Positions 26,683 to 34,622 of a stretch of DNA of 38,493 nt are shown here, piece by piece (the first letter of the stretch is position 1; every line of letters starts with the position of its first letter). The position numbers and the translations under genes are program-made. The notes beneath the pieces were generated by a model, which had not been told where the DNA came from, did no database searches, and saw nothing but the letters and a program-made list of their open reading frames with translations. The DNA lies in the IMG/VR virus record IMGVR_UViG_3300037307_000164, positions 1 to 38,493 of that record; one strand, given 5' to 3'. The stretch is from a virus (taxonomy: Duplodnaviria > Caudoviricetes).

Positions 26683-27276
26683 ATGTTGCAAGTCGGTGGC
26701 ACCAACGGTGCGCGCGTTGAGTCGGTGACGGTTACGAGATCAGTGCTGCGGGGGTGCGTCGATCAGTGCCTCGCCACTGACCTGAGCGGATTGGCGGTAG
26801 ACGCAACGGATCTGCACCGAGTCTCGCGCAAGGTTGTGATGTCTTTAGAGCGCAATGACCCTAGCACTGCCGCTCGGATGTTGCGCGCGTGGGCTTCGAT
26901 GGCGCTCGCGATGGTCGGTCGAATCGAATGGTCGAGGGCTTATCAGTCTGGTGTCGCTGACGCAATCACGAAGATGAACGAGCCGATCGATCTACCGCCG
27001 TTGCGCGGAACGACGAAGACGTATTCGGGAGGCAAGCGAGGCCGCAAACACTATGTCCACGACTGCGGATCGTTTGGTCGCTTGACGCTGCCTCAGATGG
27101 CGTCGACGGCCGGATGTTCAGAGCCAGCGATTCGCAATCGGCTGAGGTCTGGGTTAACCCCAGAGCAGTCGATCGTTGCGGGCGCTGTGCTGGCTAGACA
27201 GAAAGCTGCCGCGTGGCGCGAACTGCGCAGGCAGGAACTACGGGATCCATTCGGACTGCACTCACAGTCCGATTGA
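26683..27276 (+). CDS. Hypothetical protein with C-terminal HTH-like DNA-binding segment
   Basis: GRLTLPQMASTAGCSEPAIRNRLRSGLTPEQ resembles phage HTH modules. The start codon is uncertain. Confidence 0.5.
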   Translation: MLQVGGTNGARVESVTVTRSVLRGCVDQCLATDLSGLAVDATDLHRVSRKVVMSLERNDPSTAARMLRAWASMALAMVGRIEWSRAYQSGVADAITKMNEPIDLPPLRGTTKTYSGGKRGRKHYVHDCGSFGRLTLPQMASTAGCSEPAIRNRLRSGLTPEQSIVAGAVLARQKAAAWRELRRQELRDPFGLHSQSD

Positions 27277-27336
27277 GGCCGGTGCCCGTGGCCGGCTCGC
27301 TCTTAGGCCTTTAAACAGGCAACGGTACAAAGGTTC

Positions 27337-27375
27337 GCCCCCCGCGAGTTACGGCTCCCGGGGGGCTTTTTCTTT
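27337..27375 (+). terminator. Intrinsic terminator ending the late region
   Basis: GCCCCCCG...CGGGGGGC stem followed by TTTTTCTTT. Confidence 0.85.
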
Positions 27376-27414
27376 GGCTGTATTCGTCAACCCAACCCCG
27401 ACCCCGGGGGAGGC

Positions 27415-27442
27415 TTGCGCCATATGACAAATGTGCTATACT
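27415..27442 (+). promoter_or_regulatory. Strong sigma70-type early promoter
   Basis: TTGCGC-16 nt-TATACT with an extended -10 (TGc), directly after the terminator. Confidence 0.75.
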
Positions 27443-27448
27443 AAAATC

Positions 27449-27710
27449 AAGTCGCAATGCATCGCGATGATCACCGGCTAAGGCCAGTACCCGATGGGCG
27501 GATGCCCGGGACGCGAAAGCGAAGGGGAACGAGATGGGAGCCGGGACCGCTAGGACTCCGGTGGTGGCAGCCCGGACGAGTGCGAAGCCCGAGGGTGCAG
27601 AGAGCACGGCGCACCCTCTGACGCGAACCGCACAGGTTCGTATCAGCAGCACAAGAGGTTGCAAGACAAAGCGCGTTCGGGGCATCGAGCGCGCTTGATC
27701 GTGCAACCGC
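27449..27710 (+). ncRNA. Candidate structured RNA / long 5' leader
   Basis: Non-coding stretch after the promoter with about 8 consecutive stem-loops, e.g. CGC-GAAA-GCG, GAGGGTGC/GCACCCTC, and GGTTGCA/TGCAACC enclosing AAGCGCGTTCG/CGAGCGCGCTT. Confidence 0.5.
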
Positions 27711-27740
27711 ACGGAACCAACCAACTAACAGGGGAACAAC

Positions 27741-28751
27741 ATGAGAATCGAACAGGCTGTCCGCACGATCAAGCTGGCGGTGCGGATGCGGGAGCCGGTC
27801 TTGCTCGTAGGGGCACCCGGGGTCGGCAAGTCAGACGTGGCGACCCAAGTAGCCGAGTCGCTCGGCTACGACATGATCCTGTCCCACCCCGTTGTGTCCG
27901 ACCCGACCGATTTCAAGGGGCTGCCGTTCGCATCCGAGGACCGGGCAAGTGCGTCGTTCCTGCCGTTCGGCGACTTGAAGCGGGCGCTCGACGCGGACCG
28001 CCCGACAATTTGGATGTTCGACGATCTCGGGCAGGCACCACAGGCGGTGCAGGCTGCGCTGATGCAACTGTTGCTGGCCCGCGAGGTCAACAGCAAGCGG
28101 ATCAGCGACCGCGTGACGTTTGTGGCAGCGACTAACCGCCGGCAGGACCGCGCCGGAGTGGGCGGGCTGTTGGAGCCGGTCAAGTCGCGATTCGCGTCGA
28201 TCATCGAGATCGAGGCGCACCGTGACGACTGGTGCCGGTGGGCTGGCTCGGCCGGTGTCGCGCCGGAGGTCATCGCGTTCATCATGCTGCGCCCCGAGGC
28301 GTTGCACGAGTTCGTGGCGACCGCCGACATGACCAACAGCCCGAGCCCGAGGGCGTGGTCGAAGGTCAGCAAGTGGCTGCAGGCCGGGATCGAGGAGCGG
28401 GACATGCTCCAGACGTTCACGGGAACGATCGGTCTTGGCCGCGCGTCCGAGTTCGTCGGGTTCATCAAGATGTTCCGGGGGCTCGTCAAGCCGGATCAGA
28501 TCCTGCTGAACCCGGAGACCGCCCCGGTGCCGGAGGATATGTCGGCCCAGTACGCGGTCGCATCGGCGTTGGCGCACATCGCCAACGACCGGAACTTCGG
28601 GCGGATCCACCGGTACGCGCTGCGCCTGCCGCGCGACATCGGCGTGTTGCTCGTGAAGCAGTGCGAGCGTCGCAACCCGAAGATCGTCGAGTCGCCCGAT
28701 TGGAACGAGTACGTGCTCGGGCCGATCGGTCAGGAAGTTCTGGGTGCCTGA
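27741..28751 (+). CDS. MoxR-family AAA+ ATPase
   Basis: Walker A GAPGVGKS, DPTDFKGLP, Walker B WMFDDLGQA, sensor-1 AATNRRQDRAG, R-finger KSRF and sensor-2 SPRAW. Confidence 0.9.
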   Translation: MRIEQAVRTIKLAVRMREPVLLVGAPGVGKSDVATQVAESLGYDMILSHPVVSDPTDFKGLPFASEDRASASFLPFGDLKRALDADRPTIWMFDDLGQAPQAVQAALMQLLLAREVNSKRISDRVTFVAATNRRQDRAGVGGLLEPVKSRFASIIEIEAHRDDWCRWAGSAGVAPEVIAFIMLRPEALHEFVATADMTNSPSPRAWSKVSKWLQAGIEERDMLQTFTGTIGLGRASEFVGFIKMFRGLVKPDQILLNPETAPVPEDMSAQYAVASALAHIANDRNFGRIHRYALRLPRDIGVLLVKQCERRNPKIVESPDWNEYVLGPIGQEVLGA

Positions 28752-28874
28752 AGTACACTCTGGCGGAATGAACAGCAGCGTGGGCGACTGCAACCGGTGG
28801 ACGTGCAATCTCCACCCGTGACCGCCCCGCCGCCAGCGTCCATTCGCAGTAATCACCACACAAGGGGAAGCAAC

Positions 28875-29792
28875 ATGAACGCCAATATCGCCGGCCTTGC
28901 CGAGAAGGCCATCGTCATCAACCTCACGATTCACCAGTGGGGAGCGGTTCGCTCGGATGAACGCGCGGATAGCGCGGTGCAGCGCGAGTTCGGCAACGAC
29001 GCACGCGCAGGAGGCTGGCGCAAGAATTTGCTGCCGCAGAACCCGCCCGAGTGGCAGGCGGTGAAGGCGGCGGCCAACGAGATCCGAAAGCTGCACTACT
29101 GGTACACGCAGCCGTGGTCGGAGGGCGGTCGGGTGCTGGCGAGCGCCATGTACCCGGAGTACTCCGAGAAGATGCGCGGCGCGATCCGGTCGTACGACGA
29201 GGCGTGCGACAAGTTCGCCGCCGAGTTCGATCGGCTCAAGGCCGAGGCGATCGTGCTGCTCGGCGGGCTGGCCCGAGAAGACGACTACCCGGTCGCACGG
29301 GTGGTCCGCCGCAAGTGCGCGGTGACGATCGGGACTTCGCCCCTGTCGGTCGGTGACTGGCGGGCGAAACTGTCCCGCGAATCGATCGAAGAACTGCAGC
29401 GCGGCTACGAGCAGATGATCGAGTCTGCGTTGCAGACGTCCACGGCAGACCTGTGGAGCCGGCTGCGCGAGGCGGTCGAAGATCTGCGCACAAGCGTGGC
29501 GACGTACCAGAAGCGTATCGACGAGCAGCAAGCCGGGGTGCCCGTTCGGGCCGTGCTGAAGAACGGCACGTTCGACACGCTGGCTGAGTTGGTCGAGGTG
29601 CTGCCGACGATGAACATCGCCGGCGACCCGTCGCTCGACGGTCTGGTCGAGGCGGTAAAGCAGTCGCTGTGCTCGGTCTCGATCGAGGACGCGCGCGTCG
29701 ATGCGGAAGGCAGTGAGTCGCTCAGGGCCGACCTGATCAAGTCGGCGGATGACATCGTCAGCCAGATGGCTGCATTCATGGGGGCGCAGTAA
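28875..29792 (+). CDS. Helical partner protein of the MoxR/vWA module (DUF3150-like)
   Basis: AGGGG RBS before ATG 28875. Pattern L.I..W....D...K.LL...HY..T.PW...G.R.L...DYP...L..MNIAGDP.L. Sits between the ATPase and vWA genes. Confidence 0.65.
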   Translation: MNANIAGLAEKAIVINLTIHQWGAVRSDERADSAVQREFGNDARAGGWRKNLLPQNPPEWQAVKAAANEIRKLHYWYTQPWSEGGRVLASAMYPEYSEKMRGAIRSYDEACDKFAAEFDRLKAEAIVLLGGLAREDDYPVARVVRRKCAVTIGTSPLSVGDWRAKLSRESIEELQRGYEQMIESALQTSTADLWSRLREAVEDLRTSVATYQKRIDEQQAGVPVRAVLKNGTFDTLAELVEVLPTMNIAGDPSLDGLVEAVKQSLCSVSIEDARVDAEGSESLRADLIKSADDIVSQMAAFMGAQ

Positions 29793-31060
29793 TGGACAAG
29801 CGTGAGCAGGCAGCGCGTCGGGTGATGGACGCGCGGATCGACGTGATGTTGACGGACGTGTTTTTCGGGGCGCTGCTGGCCCGGTTGAAGATGGAGCCGT
29901 CGGCCGACGTGGGCTATATGTCGACCGACGGTGTCCGGGTCAGGTACAACCCGGAGCGGGTCGCCGAGGCACCGATCGCGGAGTTGCGGTCGGTGCTGAG
30001 GCACGAGGTGCTGCACTGCGCGCTCGGGCACGTCTGGCGCAGGGAGGGTCGCGACCAGCAGGTGTTCAACGCGGCCTGCGACCACGTGGCGAACCTGCTG
30101 CTGAAACAGCACGGGCACTACGTGGGCAGCGACTGGCTATGCGACCAGAGGTTCTCCGGCATGTCGGCGGAGCAGGTCTACAGCATCCTCCGGCAGGAAG
30201 CGGCGGACCAGCAGCAGCAGGAGCAGCAGCAGCAGCAGGAGCAGGACGGTCAGGACGGTCAGGACGGGGCTCAGGAGCCGCCGCAGGAAGGGGCGGGCAC
30301 CCCGGGGGCCGGTGAGCCCGAGCAGGGGCAGCAGGAGCCGTCTGGTGGCAAGCCGGACCTCGGGCCGGGCGGGATGGACGACCCGGTCGATGGGGAAGGC
30401 GACGGCGAGGCGGACGTGTCGAGCGAGTGGGAAGCCGCCACGGTGCAGGCAGCGATGCAGGCGTCGAGGCAGGGCGAGGACCCGGGGATGTTCAAGTCGG
30501 CGGTCGAGCAGGCCCGCGCGTCGGGCTCCGATCTGCCGGCAGAGCTTCGCCGGTTCATCGCTCAGGTCACCGCGAACGACTACACGTGGACCCGGCCAAA
30601 CGTCCGGTACGCGGCGAGCGGGTTTTACCTGCCCGCGCTGCGCGACGAGTCGCTCGGCCCGATCGTGATCGTCCGCGACACGTCCGGGTCGATCACCGAC
30701 CGGGTGATCGGCCAGTTCAACGCCGAGATCGCGTCCGTGATCGACGAGGCCCGCCCGAGCCGCATCATGGTGCTCGACGCGGACACGGCGGTCGCTGGGG
30801 TGACCGAAATCGAGCGCGGCGACAGCCTGCCGGCTACGCTGCGGGAAGCGTACGGGCGCGGCGGCACAAACTTCCGGGCTGCGTTCGACTGGGTCGAGCA
30901 AAACATGACCGGCGAGCCACCCGCAGCGCTGGTCTACCTGACCGATCTGGACGGTCGGTTCCCGAAGTCGGCACCGGAGTACCCGGTGCTGTGGGTCTCG
31001 ATCGCCGGGATCAAGGCAGTACCGTTCGGCGAGGTGATCGCCTGCGCTGACACGCAGTAG
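29792..31060 (+). CDS. Zincin-like metallopeptidase + vWA domain protein (DUF2201-like)
   Basis: STDG...YNP, HEVLH (HExxH) and N.ACD..AN. A Gln/Gly/Glu-rich linker follows, then MIDAS DTSGSI, GRGGTNF and YLTDLDG. Confidence 0.9.
   Translation: MDKREQAARRVMDARIDVMLTDVFFGALLARLKMEPSADVGYMSTDGVRVRYNPERVAEAPIAELRSVLRHEVLHCALGHVWRREGRDQQVFNAACDHVANLLLKQHGHYVGSDWLCDQRFSGMSAEQVYSILRQEAADQQQQEQQQQQEQDGQDGQDGAQEPPQEGAGTPGAGEPEQGQQEPSGGKPDLGPGGMDDPVDGEGDGEADVSSEWEAATVQAAMQASRQGEDPGMFKSAVEQARASGSDLPAELRRFIAQVTANDYTWTRPNVRYAASGFYLPALRDESLGPIVIVRDTSGSITDRVIGQFNAEIASVIDEARPSRIMVLDADTAVAGVTEIERGDSLPATLREAYGRGGTNFRAAFDWVEQNMTGEPPAALVYLTDLDGRFPKSAPEYPVLWVSIAGIKAVPFGEVIACADTQ
30207..30268 (+). repeat. CAG-rich and CAGGACGGT repeats encoding the poly-Gln/QDG linker
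   Basis: gac cag cag cag cag gag cag cag cag cag cag gag cag gac ggt cag gac ggt cag gac ggg. Confidence 0.8.
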
Positions 31061-31242
31061 GGAATCACGGACCCCAGCGCACCGTGGGGCTAATAACGGG
31101 CGCAGGTTCATGCGTTGAGTCGGGCGTTGTTTGAGAAAGCGACCTCCGTAGTTTCCGCCGCAAGGTGCTCGACGGTTTGGACCCGCGATGCCCGGGGCGC
31201 GTAATCCCCGGGCACCACCACAATCAACGAGGGAGTGTGATC

Positions 31243-31494
31243 ATGTCGAGAGCCGTCGGATCCGAAGAGCTTATGCTGCTGCAGGAGCGTCTGGCGCAGG
31301 CCAAGCGCAGCGTGCGCGTCTACTCGCAGGCCGGGTTCGTGCCCCGGTCTTACCGGTGGCCGTGCCCGATCGAGTACATCGAGGCCCGCAAGAACGCGGA
31401 AGGGCTGTGGGAGATGAGAGTCGGCATCAGTGACGCCAAGCGCGCCCACGGCAAAGGGGCGCTGGTTGTCGTCGATGGGAGAGGTGTGTCATAG
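31243..31494 (+). CDS. Hypothetical protein
   Basis: GAGGGAG RBS before ATG 31243, 83 aa, typical codon usage. Confidence 0.65.
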   Translation: MSRAVGSEELMLLQERLAQAKRSVRVYSQAGFVPRSYRWPCPIEYIEARKNAEGLWEMRVGISDAKRAHGKGALVVVDGRGVS

Positions 31495-31533
31495 ACCAAT
31501 CTGTGACATGATGGTCATTCACTGGGGGAAACC

Positions 31534-31704
31534 ATGAACTTCAATCAAGGTTGGCGAGACCTGCTCGACGAGCAGGCGCGCCGGGAGGAGCGTCGCGACC
31601 GCGCCGAATGGAGATCACTGGCCGTCAGGCTGGTGATCGGCACGTGGATAGTGGTCTGCGTGCTCGTGTTCGCTGGATGGATTTTGTACGGGTGGCCGGC
31701 GTGA
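31534..31704 (+). CDS. 56-aa membrane protein (not in ORF track)
   Basis: GGGGG RBS. MNFNQGWRDLLDEQARREERRDRAEWRSLAVRLVIGTWIVVCVLVFAGWILYGWPA. GTGA overlap with the next gene. Confidence 0.6.
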   Translation: MNFNQGWRDLLDEQARREERRDRAEWRSLAVRLVIGTWIVVCVLVFAGWILYGWPA

Positions 31705-31946
31705 AAATCAGCGACAAAAACGTGGCCGAGATTGTGAGGGAGGTCACGTTGCACGGGTGGGCGATCGAAAAAGGCCGTAACCACTTCAAACTGCGGCCGC
31801 CTAGTGGAGCGCAAATGGTTGTCGTCAGCAATACGCCGAGCGATTGGCGAACCGTTGCGAACACCATTGCGCGAGTGCGACGGATCGATCCGTTGTGCTT
31901 CGCACGACAACAGAAAAAGCAGGGCGGCAAGCCGCCCGGCTCGTAG
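31701..31946 (+). CDS. HicA-like (dsRBD-fold) RNase/toxin
   Basis: GWAIEKGRNHFKLRPPSGAQMVVVSNTPSDWR matches the GW.....H.....P.G......TPSD.R pattern of phage HicA-like proteins. Confidence 0.65.
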   Translation: MKISDKNVAEIVREVTLHGWAIEKGRNHFKLRPPSGAQMVVVSNTPSDWRTVANTIARVRRIDPLCFARQQKKQGGKPPGS

Positions 31947-31955
31947 AGTCGGCAA

Positions 31956-31983
31956 CGGGGAGCCCCTGCTCTGGGGCTCTCCG
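31956..31983 (+). other. Intergenic hairpin
   Basis: CGGGGAGCCCC-TGCTCT-GGGGCTCTCCG, with no adjacent U tract. Confidence 0.5.
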
Positions 31984-32023
31984 GTGAGCGTCGTTACACC
32001 ACCACTTACTTTTAAATGAGGGC

Positions 32024-34006
32024 ATGATGTTTAAAGATCCTGTTTTTACTCGTTTGCATTACCCGACTGAGGACGAGGCAAGTCGCTTTATTTCACGCGA
32101 GATTGATACGGTCGGCAACAAGGCCAAGCAACTCTTGTTTCGTGAATTCATCCAGAACGCTGCGGAAGCTAATTCCAATAAGATTCATATCGGCATCGAG
32201 CCGGATCATAATGGGCAGGACAGGCTGACCATCTGGAACAACGGGGAAGGGTTTGAACCGAGCAAGTTCAACGATTTTCTTCAGTGTTTTGGGCGCACTC
32301 ATCGGAGTGTAAACGTCAATCACGGTATTGGCGCGAGGTTGATTGGGCTCGCAGTATCACCGGCGGGGATGATCGTCGACACGTGTCGTAACGGGACTGT
32401 GCTTCGCGGCAGGATTGAAAAGCGTGATGAAGTATACGGTGCTGAACCGTTCTCAAATGTGTCAGCCGAATTCGCTGCTGACATTCGCTCGCATGACTGG
32501 ACGCGCACGCAGTTTGTTGGCGTTACGCCGACCAGTACCCCGAAAGAGGTAATCGGGTCGATCGTCAACATTACCGATCTTGACAACAGCGAGTCTTTCC
32601 GAGTTGGTGGCATCGCTGAATCGGTGATGCATCGGTATTTTCGCAAACCGCATGGTCTGCGCATCTTCATCGACAACGAGTTGTCATTGATGAGGCAGGG
32701 CACCGGAAACGCTGCCGCGCGCGAGCTTGGCGATATGTTGTCATTCATTACGCTCAACGACGGGCGCGTAAACCCCCCCGAAATTGCACCAACGTACGAG
32801 TGTGTCGTAAGTGGTGACCTGAAAATCCACTATTCGATGTTCCCGAAACGCTCGTTCGACACGGACTCTGGATCGACAAGGCTGGGGCGTTTGGTTTACA
32901 ACGTCGAATTTAATCAGGCCGCCGGCGGTGTGGTGCTCGACAACGAGATTTTGCGACTTGTTAAAAACAATGCCCGTCGTGGCAACAACGCGTGGCTTTC
33001 GTTTGCAAACAGTGCGCGATTCGGCACTGTGGCTCGTCGTACTTTCGTGTTTGTTGAAGTGGTCGGTAATCTGCGCGATCGCATAGTGTGGGCAAACGAT
33101 CGCACTTCCGCCAATTGGAAAAATGGCCGTGAGGTCACATTGGAGTTTTTCGCGAAGGAAGTCGCTTTAAATCTGCCCAATTTTATTACAGCAGAAATTG
33201 CCAAGGAACACCTTGAAAATCAGCGACAGGCAAGTTATACGCGATACCTGATCGACATGATGCATCGGCTTGGGTTCCGGCCTCGCTCCAAAATAGCAAG
33301 CAAGGACGGAGAAGAAATTGGCGGCGGCAATGTCGTTGTGGATATTGAGCGCAACAACACTAATGCAATTACGCGGGGGAAGCGCAATCCCGTGGACGGC
33401 GGGTCGGAAAGTAACAAGCCTGCGAGTTACCGGAAGTCGTTGCCGTTGCCGAAAATATTCGTGTATTTTGACCCAAACGCCGAAGATTACTTATCAAAGC
33501 CTTGGCGCAACGCCGGCTCTCGCCATTCGCCAGTGTGCCTCACGCACAATGCGTTGTATGCCGGCGAAGGGATTGTGACCGAAATTGAGATCCATGTTGA
33601 TTGCACGAAAAAAAATAATCGCTACGTTGAAGACTTGTACAACGAAATGTACACGCGGTTTTTTTGCGAGGGTCCGCCGCGTCCGGGGTGGTGTAAGACG
33701 GATCTCGATCGGGCGATGAAAGAAAACGCAATGTCGTTCGATACGGTGTACGAAAACGCGGTTTGCAATTTTATGCAAAGGTACATTGGCGGCAATATCC
33801 TTTATGAGCTTGCGGCTGCACGGGACTATGCTGCGAATGAAGCGGATTACGTTCGTATGCTTGTAAGCAACCCGGCCATGTGCGCGAAGCACATGATCTC
33901 CGCAACAGACTCCAAAATCAGCAACATCAACGCGGCGATCTGGAAGGAGATTGCGTCATGCTACAACGGCCGTACGACATCGAATAGCGATGCAATCTAT
34001 GAATGA
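32024..34006 (+). CDS. GHKL-superfamily ATPase (Hsp90/MORC-like N-domain) with unknown C-terminal region
   Basis: N box REFIQNAAEA, G1 box IWNNGEGF, G2 box HGIGAR and T box WTRTQF. Visibly lower GC than its neighbours. Confidence 0.7.
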   Translation: MMFKDPVFTRLHYPTEDEASRFISREIDTVGNKAKQLLFREFIQNAAEANSNKIHIGIEPDHNGQDRLTIWNNGEGFEPSKFNDFLQCFGRTHRSVNVNHGIGARLIGLAVSPAGMIVDTCRNGTVLRGRIEKRDEVYGAEPFSNVSAEFAADIRSHDWTRTQFVGVTPTSTPKEVIGSIVNITDLDNSESFRVGGIAESVMHRYFRKPHGLRIFIDNELSLMRQGTGNAAARELGDMLSFITLNDGRVNPPEIAPTYECVVSGDLKIHYSMFPKRSFDTDSGSTRLGRLVYNVEFNQAAGGVVLDNEILRLVKNNARRGNNAWLSFANSARFGTVARRTFVFVEVVGNLRDRIVWANDRTSANWKNGREVTLEFFAKEVALNLPNFITAEIAKEHLENQRQASYTRYLIDMMHRLGFRPRSKIASKDGEEIGGGNVVVDIERNNTNAITRGKRNPVDGGSESNKPASYRKSLPLPKIFVYFDPNAEDYLSKPWRNAGSRHSPVCLTHNALYAGEGIVTEIEIHVDCTKKNNRYVEDLYNEMYTRFFCEGPPRPGWCKTDLDRAMKENAMSFDTVYENAVCNFMQRYIGGNILYELAAARDYAANEADYVRMLVSNPAMCAKHMISATDSKISNINAAIWKEIASCYNGRTTSNSDAIYE

Positions 34007-34559
34007 CCTCGTGATTGCTCGTGAGCATCCTGACATGATGCAATACGTCGATGCATTGCAAAAAAAGTTCAACGCAATGATCGCGTTTATTCCAAAGGCT
34101 GGGATCGAGAAGGGCATTGCGAATCGTCAGATTTTAATCGCAATAGTGAACGGGTGGCCTGCGGGCTATCTGTTCCACGGAGCGTTTCGGCCTGACATGG
34201 TAATCACGCAGTGCGCTATCGAATTCGACTTGCAACGCCAAACGTACGGGCTGTCGCTTGTTCAGGCGTTGATGCAAGAAGCCGCCGCTCGTGGCGTTCG
34301 TTCAATGAAAGCGCGATGCGGGTCAGATCTGGACGCTAATCGCTTTTGGTCTGCCGCAGGGTTTGTATGCATTGCGCACTTGCACGGCGCATCAACCCGT
34401 GGGAGGGTGCTTAACGTCTGGGAAGCTAGGATAACGCCGGGATTGTTCGTGCCCGAGCAAATCGTCCCGTTCGATAAGCGCAGCAAAAAATCATCTGGGC
34501 ACTTTTCACGGTTCGCTCGCCCGAAAAAACAACTTTTGCGAATCGGCGATCTTAAATAG
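33999..34559 (+). CDS. GNAT-family acetyltransferase
   Basis: Motif A variant LQRQTYGLSLV and motif B ANRFWSAAGF. Overlaps the end of the GHKL gene. Confidence 0.8.
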   Translation: MNDLVIAREHPDMMQYVDALQKKFNAMIAFIPKAGIEKGIANRQILIAIVNGWPAGYLFHGAFRPDMVITQCAIEFDLQRQTYGLSLVQALMQEAAARGVRSMKARCGSDLDANRFWSAAGFVCIAHLHGASTRGRVLNVWEARITPGLFVPEQIVPFDKRSKKSSGHFSRFARPKKQLLRIGDLK

Positions 34560-34622
34560 CAAAGTTACGTCGTGCGAGCGGACGTTAAACGCTCGCACCA
34601 ACATCAACCGGGAGGGGGGATC

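Noticed and set aside
27298-27320. boxA-like CGCTCTTA antitermination site
   Set aside because: Short match only, with no convincing boxB and no N-like gene identified.
27490-27580. Resemblance of the leader to a c-di-GMP-I riboswitch or a hammerhead ribozyme
   Set aside because: A GAAA tetraloop and a following stem are present, but the GGCAAAC/GACGCAAAGC and CUGANGA/GAAA cores are not matched, so it is left as an unassigned structured RNA.
30207-30268. CAG tract as a phase-variation switch
   Set aside because: Units are 3 and 9 bp, so slippage keeps the frame and only alters linker length.
27831-31111. Long minus-strand ORFs (566, 237 and 324 aa)
   Set aside because: Shadows of the high-GC MoxR module genes, which carry clear motifs on the + strand.
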